A stretch of 64,000 bases of DNA from ANME-2 cluster archaeon (GCA_014237145.1 JAAXOC010000096.1:60138-124137), one strand, 5' to 3'. Counted from the stretch's first letter, positions 52,805-60,353 are shown. The notes: generated by a model from the letters alone, not told the origin. Program-made: numbers and translations.

Positions 52805-53032
52805 TTCCAGGAGGAATCGAATGCCACGTTTTACTCTCTTAGACATAGTTTTGCCACATATCTACTGGAAAGTGGTACAGACATGCAGTATATCCAGGAG
52901 TTGCCTGAGCACAAAAGTTCAAAGATAACAGAAATATATACACATATCTGTACCAAGAATGTAGGTAAGTTTAAAAACCCATTGGATAGTTTACAGATAA
53001 AAGAAGGAGAATCACTTATTGACCCAGCTTGA
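52805..53032 (+). pseudogene. Tyrosine recombinase/integrase, C-terminal fragment only
   Basis: It reads FQEESNATFYSLRHSFATYLLESGTDMQYIQELPEHKSSKITEIYTHICTKNVGKFKNPLD, which covers the R-H-x-x-R...Y catalytic C-terminus. A TAG lies immediately upstream and there is no N-terminal part. It is AT-rich, unlike what follows. Confidence 0.75.
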
Positions 53033-53540
53033 ATACATCGAAGCTATTGAAAAGCGCCTCTGGGGTGTGGTGGACACAATGCGGGCTAACTCCAACTACG
53101 CCAGCAACGAGTACTTCCTACCCGTGATGGGGCTGGTGTTTCTCAGGCACGCCTACAGCTGCCATCTTGCGGTGAAGGGTGGTATCGAGGCTAACCTTCC
53201 CACCCGCGGCGTCAAGACGCGAGCGCTGACCAAGAAGGATTTCTCCGGGCAGGGCGCTATTTTCCTTCAACCCAGGGCGCAGTTCGACCATCTCGTGGCC
53301 CTGCCCGGCAGCGAAGACCGCTCCAAGGCGATCATTGAAGCAATGGAGTCTATAGAAGGCGACTACGACAACCTGCGTGGTGTCCTTCCCAAGAGCGAAT
53401 ATCAGGAACTGGATGACGATGTACTCGGCCAGCTCTTGCGGACGCTCAACCCCGACGAGCTGGCGAAATATAATGAGTCACTCACCCAAGCCCGCAACCT
53501 CCTCCTGCCGCGCTTGATGAATGGGGAGGTTGTCGTTTGA
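53019..53540 (+). pseudogene. hsdM: Type I R-M remnant: HsdM N-terminal domain fused in frame to an HsdS C-terminal tail
   Basis: The HsdM_N-like part is EKRLWGVVDTMRANSNYASNEYFLPVMGLVFLRHA...SIEGDYDNLRGVLPK. The HsdS-type ending is ARNLLLPRLMNGEVVV*. There is no methyltransferase catalytic domain. Confidence 0.7.
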
Positions 53541-53640
53541 GCTTAATTGTTTTCGTCAAACTCATTGCTTTGTGCGAATGGTTTACTGTAAAGCATAAAC
53601 GTACTGTAACCTCAACCAGATACTCTCAAGCCGCTGTCGG
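53537..53640 (+). pseudogene. Decayed 5' remnant of a second AlbA_2-type gene
   Basis: Track ORF 53537..53749 begins ...KLIALCEWFTVKHKRTVTSTRYS. The intact gene at 57784 has SNLIALGEGFTTEFKRTVTSSLGR. The TTGA overlap with the hsdS tail mirrors the ATGA at 57784. Confidence 0.45.
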
Positions 53641-53748
53641 TCTTGACGAGGGTTTGAGTGAACGGAGCGTTGGGTGCGTTAACATCTATGTAGCCATGTT
53701 GGTTTTTATGGCGACGATACGGGCAAGCATGCTTTTGGAGGCAGTCTG

Positions 53749-56700
53749 ATGCCAGCCTTTGTAACCAACGGACCCGATATCCCAGAGAGTCTATTGCGGG
53801 CACACGAAGATGGCCGTGTTGTATTTTTCTGCGGCGCTGGCATTTCATACCCGGCAGATCTGCCGGATTTTTGCGGTTTGATGGATCGGGTATATAGGGA
53901 GTTGGATACGACGTGGACGCAGTACCCAATCGAGAAGCAGGCTTATGATAATAAACAGTACGATGCGATGCTGGATCAGTTGGAACGCCGCTACCCCGGT
54001 CATCGCTTTAAGGTCAGAAAGGCGTTGGCAAACGTTCTCAAGCCCAAGTGGCGCAAAAAAGGCGCTACAACGACCCACCAGGCACTGCTGCAACTGGCTA
54101 TTGATCACAAGGGCAAGACCAGGCTAGTTACCACCAACTTTGACCGCATTTTCAAGTCCATAATAACACGGCATAAGCCTGAGATTCCGAGCTTTGATGC
54201 TCCTCTCCTGCCCATTCCAAAACCGACCCGTTGGCGTGGTGTGGTGCATCTGCACGGTTTATTACCTACTTCGGCCGACGAAACTGCGCTCAATCGCTTG
54301 GTTTTGACCAGTAGCGATTTTGGTCTGGCATACCTCACTGAGCGTTGGGCGGCTCGTTTTGTCAGCGAGTTGTTCCGAAATTACACGGTTTGCTTCGTCG
54401 GTTATGGCATCAACGACCCGGTATTGCGCTACATGATGGATGCGCTCGCCGCCGATGAGTTACTTGGTGAAACTCGACCTGAAGCCTATGCCTTCGCAAA
54501 CTTCCGCGATGGCGAACGGGACCAGGCGCAGATCGAATGGGAAACTAAAGGTGCCATTCCGCTGCTATACGAAGTGCCTACGGATACACAAAATCACTCA
54601 GCGCTTCATCTCACCCTCAAAGAGTGGGCTGACACGTATCGCGATGGTGTGAGTGGCAAGAAAATGATTATAACGAAGCATGCGAGTACGCCGCCGTTGA
54701 CATCGTCGCGGTCAGACTTTGCCGTCGGTCGCGTGCTGTGGGCATTGACAGACTGGCTGGCAGCCAAACACTTTGCCGACCTAAATCCCGTTCCCCCATT
54801 AGAATGGCTCGAACCGCTGACTAAAGCCCAGTTTAGTCATGACGACTTGGCGTGCTTCGGGGTGGTTCCCAAAAGCGAAAAAGATGAAAATCTGATTTTT
54901 AGCGTCATTAGCCGTCCAGCACCGTATACACATGCGCCCTTGATGTGCATTGTTGACATGGGTGCCCAGGTAAGCTATTGGGACGAACTCATGTTCCAAT
55001 TGGCACATTGGCTCACGCGGCATCTCGATGACCCTAAACTAATACTTTGGTTGTCCAATCAAGGCGGCCAGTTGCATAAGCGATTCGCATCTATGGTCCG
55101 GAGTCGAATTGAATACCTTGATAAGCTGGTACACGATGACAATCAGACTGAACTCGAACGTATCCGCGCTGCTGCTCCCAGAGCCATACCAAGCCGATTA
55201 ATGCGTATCCTCTGGAGGCTGCTGTTGTCCGGGTGTGTGAAGTCACCTCAAATCAATTTAGATCTCTACGATTGGTTACGCCGCTTTGAGCAGGACGGCC
55301 TCACGCCGACCTTGTGTATGGAACTACGTGAGTTTTTGAGGCCATATGTGATTCTTCGTGAACCATTCCGTTGGGACGAAGAAATAACCGACCTGCACGA
55401 GGCGAAGTCCATTAAAGATCTTGTAGAATGGGATATCGTACTGTCCAGCGATCATGTTCATTCCATGTTGCGCGATCAGGCGAACAAGCCGGGTTGGCAG
55501 GCGGCACTACCAGATTTGTTGCAGGACGTCACCGTTCTACTGCGTGATGCGCTCGATCTGATGCGGGAATTAAGCGGCGCAGAAGACAAGAGCGATTTGT
55601 CCTATCTCGATCAGCCTTCAATCAGCGAGCACGAACAGAACATAGGTTTTCCCGACTGGACGGCATTGATCGAACTCACACGCGATGCTTGGTTGGCTAC
55701 GGTGCAGACCAATCCAGCACAGGCACGGCATGCCGCAGAAGGCTGGTGGCAGGTGCCTTATCCGCTATTCAAACGGCTGGCCTTTTTTGCTGCGACACAG
55801 AGCGATGTAATTCCTCCTCCTCATGCGCTCAGCTGGCTGCTGGCCGATAATCACAAGTGGCTGTGGTCAATTATAACCAAGCGCGAAGCAATACGCCTGT
55901 TGGTGTCACTAACGCCAAAGTTGGATGCATTGGGGATAACTGAATTGGAGCAAGCCATTTTGGAGGGGCCACCGCATGAGATGTTTATGGATGACCTTGA
56001 TCCACAAGAGTGTGCACGCATCGTGGATCAAGATATCTGGTTGCGACTGGCAAAAGCGAGTGCTTCAGGGGCAGTACTCGGCCACGATGCCAGTACAAAA
56101 CTGGCTGATCTGACACTACAATATCCAGGTTGGAAGTTGGCTGAAGACGAAAGTGATGAGTTTCCGATTTGGATAAGCGAAGATGATAGGTGGCGCAATT
56201 TTGTCCCCACACCACGCCACCAAATCGAATTGATGGAGTGGCTCAAACAACCCGCCAGATCAGATCAGAGGCAGGAAGACGACTGGCTTCAGCGCTGTCG
56301 TGACGACTTTTCGACTACCTCTGGCGCCTTGTCTGCTTTGGCTCAGGATAAGGAGTGGCCCATCGAACGCTGGCGCGAAGCACTACAAGTTTGGGCAGAG
56401 GATAAATTGATCGAACACTCTTGGAGCATGGCGCAAGTAATTTCCAAAGCACCCGATGATGTAATTCAAGCACTTTCACATAGTCTCGGCTGGTGGCTGC
56501 AAGCACAAGCCAGAATCTTCAAGGGTCGTGAGGAGCTGTTTTTCGCTCTCATTCGTCGTATTCTGGAATTGGAACTCCAAAATGGGGTGCATAAGGATTA
56601 TGACCCTGTGTCTAGTGCAATCAACCATCCCGTCGGACTCGTGACGAAGGCGTTACTACACTGGTGGTATCAACAGAAGCCGAAAGACACAGAAGGTCTG

Positions 56701-57546
56701 AGAGACGAGGTCAAACCTCTATTCACTAAACTTTGCGATACGGGAGTTGAGAAGTTCCGCCACGGCCGCGTTTTGCTCGCAGCCCACGCGATTGCGCTGT
56801 TCCGAGTGGATGAGAAGTGGGTGAGAGAGTGTCTACTGCCCTTGTTCGACTGGCAACTATCTGAGGTTGAGGCACGTGCGGTCTGGGATGGCTTTTTGTG
56901 GTCACCTCGCCTCTACCTACCGCTGCAGTCAGCCATCAAACAGCCGTTGTTAGAAACAGCGACACACTATGAGGAACTCGGTAAGCACGCCGAGCAGTAT
57001 GCGGCATTTTTGACCTTTGCAGCCTTAGACCCGGGCGACACATTCACAACCAAAGAATTGGCGGAGGCGACGTGTAAATTACCTGTGGAGGGCTTGCAAA
57101 GTGCGGTGCAGGCAGTTATCCGTGCTCTTGATGGCGCTGGTGAACAACGTGGGGAATATTGGCGTAATCGTGTTCTTCCGTACTTTAATTTGGTTTGGCC
57201 CAAAACCATTGTTGTGATGACACCCACGATATCGGAGCTTTTCGGCCAGCTCTGCGTGGCTGCACAGGAAGCCTTTCCAGAGGCGTTGGAGAAGTTACAG
57301 CACTGGCTACAGCCAGTTGAACATCCATTTTATCTTATTCATCTCCTGAACGAAGCGAAATTGTGCAATCAATTTTCATCAGATGCTCTGGTGTTTCTGG
57401 ATACTGTTGTTGGTAATGATGCACAGTTGTTGCCACAAGAACTTAAGCAGTGCCTGGATGATATTGAAAAAGCCGACCAGACATTGGCCGAGGATGCGCG
57501 TTTTGTTCGGTTGAGTCAGGTTTTCGAAAGGCATGGCATTTCCTGA
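53749..57546 (+). CDS. SIR2-domain giant protein (defence-associated sirtuin / SIR2-DUF4020-like), 1265 aa
   Basis: ggagg precedes the ATG. The N-terminal motifs are VVFFCGAGISYPADLPDF, LVTTNFDRIF, VVHLHGLL, LTSSDFGLAY and CFVGYGINDPVLRYMMD. About 1000 aa of helical, W/L-rich C-terminal region follow. Confidence 0.8.
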   Translation: MPAFVTNGPDIPESLLRAHEDGRVVFFCGAGISYPADLPDFCGLMDRVYRELDTTWTQYPIEKQAYDNKQYDAMLDQLERRYPGHRFKVRKALANVLKPKWRKKGATTTHQALLQLAIDHKGKTRLVTTNFDRIFKSIITRHKPEIPSFDAPLLPIPKPTRWRGVVHLHGLLPTSADETALNRLVLTSSDFGLAYLTERWAARFVSELFRNYTVCFVGYGINDPVLRYMMDALAADELLGETRPEAYAFANFRDGERDQAQIEWETKGAIPLLYEVPTDTQNHSALHLTLKEWADTYRDGVSGKKMIITKHASTPPLTSSRSDFAVGRVLWALTDWLAAKHFADLNPVPPLEWLEPLTKAQFSHDDLACFGVVPKSEKDENLIFSVISRPAPYTHAPLMCIVDMGAQVSYWDELMFQLAHWLTRHLDDPKLILWLSNQGGQLHKRFASMVRSRIEYLDKLVHDDNQTELERIRAAAPRAIPSRLMRILWRLLLSGCVKSPQINLDLYDWLRRFEQDGLTPTLCMELREFLRPYVILREPFRWDEEITDLHEAKSIKDLVEWDIVLSSDHVHSMLRDQANKPGWQAALPDLLQDVTVLLRDALDLMRELSGAEDKSDLSYLDQPSISEHEQNIGFPDWTALIELTRDAWLATVQTNPAQARHAAEGWWQVPYPLFKRLAFFAATQSDVIPPPHALSWLLADNHKWLWSIITKREAIRLLVSLTPKLDALGITELEQAILEGPPHEMFMDDLDPQECARIVDQDIWLRLAKASASGAVLGHDASTKLADLTLQYPGWKLAEDESDEFPIWISEDDRWRNFVPTPRHQIELMEWLKQPARSDQRQEDDWLQRCRDDFSTTSGALSALAQDKEWPIERWREALQVWAEDKLIEHSWSMAQVISKAPDDVIQALSHSLGWWLQAQARIFKGREELFFALIRRILELELQNGVHKDYDPVSSAINHPVGLVTKALLHWWYQQKPKDTEGLRDEVKPLFTKLCDTGVEKFRHGRVLLAAHAIALFRVDEKWVRECLLPLFDWQLSEVEARAVWDGFLWSPRLYLPLQSAIKQPLLETATHYEELGKHAEQYAAFLTFAALDPGDTFTTKELAEATCKLPVEGLQSAVQAVIRALDGAGEQRGEYWRNRVLPYFNLVWPKTIVVMTPTISELFGQLCVAAQEAFPEALEKLQHWLQPVEHPFYLIHLLNEAKLCNQFSSDALVFLDTVVGNDAQLLPQELKQCLDDIEKADQTLAEDARFVRLSQVFERHGIS

Positions 57547-57628
57547 TGTAACGGGAGAAAGACAAAAGCATGATTGAGAAAATGTACGTTACTATGATTA
57601 TTAAGACGACACTGAAAAACAACGAATC

Positions 57629-57787
57629 ATGAGCACTAGCAATTACACCGAAGACACCCTCGTTCAGCAAACCATGGTCGAGTATCTGGATTCACAGCTC
57701 GGCTGGGAATCGGTCTATGCCTCCAACAACGAGGACTTCGGACAGGACCGCCTACCGCGCTTGATGAACGGGGTGGTGACAGTATGA
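57629..57787 (+). pseudogene. hsdR: Type I R-M remnant: HsdR N-terminus fused in frame to an HsdS C-terminal tail (52 codons)
   Basis: It reads MSTSNYTEDTLVQQTMVEYLDSQLGWESVYASNNEDFGQD + RLPRLMNGVVTV*. Its stop overlaps the next ATG (ATGA). Confidence 0.65.
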
Positions 57788-59190
57788 ACGAACACACGCT
57801 TTCCAACCTCATCGCCCTCGGCGAAGGCTTCACCACTGAGTTCAAACGTACGGTTACTTCCAGCCTCGGGCGGGAGATATGCGCTTTTGCCAATGCAACA
57901 GGTGGTATCATCCTGATTGGGGTGGATGATGATGGTGAGATTGTCGGGGTTGGCAAGCACAATAAACTTAAGTCTCAGGTCCAGTCCATCGCCCGTTCTG
58001 CCGAACCCCCCATCGCGGTTGATGTAGAGAACATTGGCGAAGTACTTTGCATCACTATACCTGAACAACACAGCAAGCCCTATTCCTTTAGCGGCAAGTT
58101 TTTCATTCGCGAAGGTGCGACCTCGCAGCAGATGGCCCGCAATGAAATCCGCGAGTTTTTCTTCAAGGAAGGGTTGATTCATTTTGATGAAACACCCTGT
58201 ACCAATTATGATCTGGAACGTGACCTGACCCCTGAGATCTGGAGCCGTTTTATTCAGCACGCCCGTCTTCCGGATGGGCTGGAGACTCGTCCTGCATTGG
58301 ATAACCTGCATCTGACCAAAGACAGCAAGATGACCCATGCCGGTGCCTGGCTGCTGTGTGATGACATCACCTGCTATACCTTGCAGGCGCATGTAACCTG
58401 TGCGATGTTTAGGGGAACGACCAAAACCTACATCCTAGACCGCAAGGATTTTGCTGGCGATCTCTATTCAATCTACGAAGACTGCATGGCCTACTTGCAG
58501 GCCAAGTTGAATACTGCTCTAATCCCTCATGCGAGAGGCCGGGACGAACGGCTGGAGTTGCCAGCAGATGCCCTCCGGGAAGCCCTGGTCAATGCCATTG
58601 CACACCGTGACTATCGCTCAACCGCCAATGTGCAGGTGTACGTCTTCTACGACCGTCTTGAGATTGTGACGCCGGGCGGCCTGCCCGCTGGGATGCGCGA
58701 GGAGGATTTGGGAGTGAAAAGTGTGCCGCGCAATCCATTGCTGTTTGGAATGTTCTATCGTATGGGGATGGTGGAACAGGTAGGCAGTGGCATCAAACGA
58801 ATCCGTGAGATGTGTCGCGATTATGGAGTGGCTGAGCCAGTGATTGAGGTCTCGGAGAACTGGGTGACAACCACGTTCAGGCGGCCGATCGAACAAGTTG
58901 AAGACCAGGTCACGGGTGAAGTCACGGGTGAAGTCACGGGTGAAGTCACAAGTGAAGTCAAGCAACTACTACATGTCCTCACCAGCGGCTCCATGATGAG
59001 AGCCGAACTGCAGGAAGCGCTCAATCTCAAGGGACAGACAAACTTCAGGGATCGTCATCTTACGCCGGCACTTGAAGTGGGCCTGATTGAGATGACCATT
59101 CCAGATAAGCCAAAGAGTCGCCTGCAGAAGTATCGACTGACCGAAAAAGGCAAGGCTTTACTTAAGGAGTTGGAAGGTGGATCGTCATGA
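57784..59190 (+). CDS. AlbA_2 (Schlafen-type) + HATPase_c_4-like + wHTH protein (COG2865 'RecG-like' putative DNA-binding regulator)
   Basis: The 468-aa ORF has EGFTTEFKRTV...ICAFANATGGIILIGVDDDGEIVGV (AlbA_2) and REALVNAIAHRDY...GSGIKRI (HATPase-like). The C-terminus is QKYRLTEKGKALL (wHTH). Confidence 0.8.
   Translation: MNEHTLSNLIALGEGFTTEFKRTVTSSLGREICAFANATGGIILIGVDDDGEIVGVGKHNKLKSQVQSIARSAEPPIAVDVENIGEVLCITIPEQHSKPYSFSGKFFIREGATSQQMARNEIREFFFKEGLIHFDETPCTNYDLERDLTPEIWSRFIQHARLPDGLETRPALDNLHLTKDSKMTHAGAWLLCDDITCYTLQAHVTCAMFRGTTKTYILDRKDFAGDLYSIYEDCMAYLQAKLNTALIPHARGRDERLELPADALREALVNAIAHRDYRSTANVQVYVFYDRLEIVTPGGLPAGMREEDLGVKSVPRNPLLFGMFYRMGMVEQVGSGIKRIREMCRDYGVAEPVIEVSENWVTTTFRRPIEQVEDQVTGEVTGEVTGEVTSEVKQLLHVLTSGSMMRAELQEALNLKGQTNFRDRHLTPALEVGLIEMTIPDKPKSRLQKYRLTEKGKALLKELEGGSS
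58909..58956 (+). repeat. 12-nt in-frame tandem repeat (4 copies) in the AlbA_2 gene linker
   Basis: gtcacgggtgaa occurs 3 times, then gtcacaagtgaa. They encode VTGE-VTGE-VTGE-VTSE. Confidence 0.9.
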
Positions 59191-59510
59191 ATCCCGTCCC
59201 CTACACCTAAGACACCCTTATCCAGCAGACCACCGCCGAATACCTGGAGCAGTAGCTCGGCTGGGACTCAGTCTACGCCTACAACAACGAGGACTTCAGA
59301 CCGGACAGCCTGCTGGGTCGTGCATCCGACCGTGAGGTAGTGCTGACACGCATCCTGCGTGAGAAGCTCATCGAACTGAACCCGCACCTGCCCGATAAGG
59401 CCTACGATGACGCAGTGCGCCAGATCACAGTCACCGACGCTGTGCGGGTGACCATTTGGGATTTCCTTTGGAGCGACAAAACGGGGTTGCCTGTGGAGAG
59501 TTACACATAG
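59187..59510 (+). pseudogene. hsdR: hsdR pseudogene: N-terminus with two in-frame nonsense codons joined to the extreme C-terminus
   Basis: It reads MNPVPYT*DTLIQQTTAEYLEQ*LGWDSVYAYNNEDFRPDSLLGRASDREVVLTRILREKLIELNPHLPDKAYDDAVRQI...VTIWDFLWSDKTGLPVESYT*. The stops are TAA 59208-59210 and TAG 59253-59255. The helicase/nuclease core is absent. Confidence 0.7.
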
Positions 59511-59653
59511 GATGATCTAAAAACAATATCTAATGAAGTATTTAGGCATGTTTACCGGGTATATCCATCGGTTCCATCGCCGTGTTATGCAGAAGCTGCA
59601 TGAAAAGATAAACGAAATATTTACAGAACCGCGCCCGCCTCAGTCAAACACTA

Positions 59654-59741
59654 CGATAGATAGCGCCTGGATGCTCTGTATGCGAGCTGCGGCCTCGGGC
59701 AGTGGTGGACATATTGGGGCACCTCTGCAGCTGTTGAAATA
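59654..59741 (+). repeat. Copy A of a roughly 90-nt direct repeat pair at the island's right edge
   Basis: It shares ...atagc.cctg.at...tgctct.tatgcg.gc.gcgg.ctc...gctgttgaaata with copy B. Confidence 0.6.
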
Positions 59742-60039
59742 ATCGAATAAACAGCAGAGGTTCGTAGAGCGTATTTACTTTTCTCTGAGCACTCGGCGGT
59801 TCATCTTAAACTGATTACAGCTCCTGTTAGTTTCTTCAATCATCCCACCGACAGCAACCAGGTTTTGCAATGTGCCAACCGCGTGCTAACCCATGATTGC
59901 TTCCCTCACAAGTTCAAATCCGTGTAAATCCGTATCCTAAAATATTGCCACCCCAGCCCCCATTTATTCACTACCTCGCCACCCTCTGCAAACATCTGCC
60001 TGCGCTGCCGTCAGCACTCACCCTGCCGCCCCTCCTGCT

Positions 60040-60132
60040 CGACCCCATAGCCTGCATCTCGTTGCTCTATATGCGGGCAGCGGTCTCTGGGGTTGGTTAA
60101 TGCTGCCGATAGCGGCCATGGCTGTTGAAATA
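60040..60132 (+). repeat. Copy B of the roughly 90-nt direct repeat pair
   Basis: See copy A. It has the same orientation, a 5-nt indel, a divergent middle and an identical 3' end (gctgttgaaata). Confidence 0.6.
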
Positions 60133-60146
60133 TATAATCTGTGTAA

Positions 60147-60353
60147 TGTGGTACAGATGAAGAACTTCAGGAAGCAAGGCAATTGATAAGAAAAATTCCA
60201 CAACATCCTTTAGTTAAATCTGATGTGAAAAGACCTGAGATCCTTCAGGATTTTGTTGCACTTGTTGAGGATGAGTTTAATAAAGTCCCCGAGACAGATA
60301 TTAGCAGGTGGCTGTCTAATTTTATTGACACAGATGCTAGATCGACGCCATAG
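60147..60353 (+). pseudogene. Start-less, protein-like open frame (possible C-terminal fragment of a disrupted host gene)
   Basis: It is open from a TAA at 60144-60146: CGTDEELQEARQLIRKIPQHPLVKSDVKRPEILQDFVALVEDEFNKVPETDISRWLSNFIDTDARSTP*. It is AT-rich like the host. I do not recognise the family. Confidence 0.25.

Larger units (their letters stand above)
52805..60140. mobile_element. Degraded, horizontally acquired defence island (integrase remnant + two gutted type I R-M loci + SIR2 and AlbA_2 cargo genes)
   Basis: Composition and codon style shift abruptly at about 53019 and about 60140. CGC, GCG and CTG-type codons are abundant inside and rare in the flanks. The gene content is listed separately. 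Confidence 0.6.

Noticed and set aside
59208-59255. The TAG (59253) in the hsdR remnant read as pyrrolysine, or the TGA in vapC (30321) read as selenocysteine.
   Set aside because: The hsdR remnant also carries a TAA and lacks about 900 codons, so it is simply dead. I saw no PYLIS- or SECIS-like context, and Sec usage is not expected in this lineage.
59915-59945. gttcaaatccgtgtaaatccgt, which resembles a tRNA T-loop and could be a tRNA fragment or att site.
   Set aside because: No flanking T-stem or acceptor complementarity can be drawn. It looks like a short direct repeat (aaatccgt x2) instead.
59533-60206. Track ORFs 59533..59742(+), 59897..60100(+) and 60018..60206(-).
   Set aside because: They are short, have no motifs and overlap the repeat pair and GC-rich debris. 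The peptides are P/L/A-rich and lack ribosome-binding sites. I treat them as non-coding island remnants.
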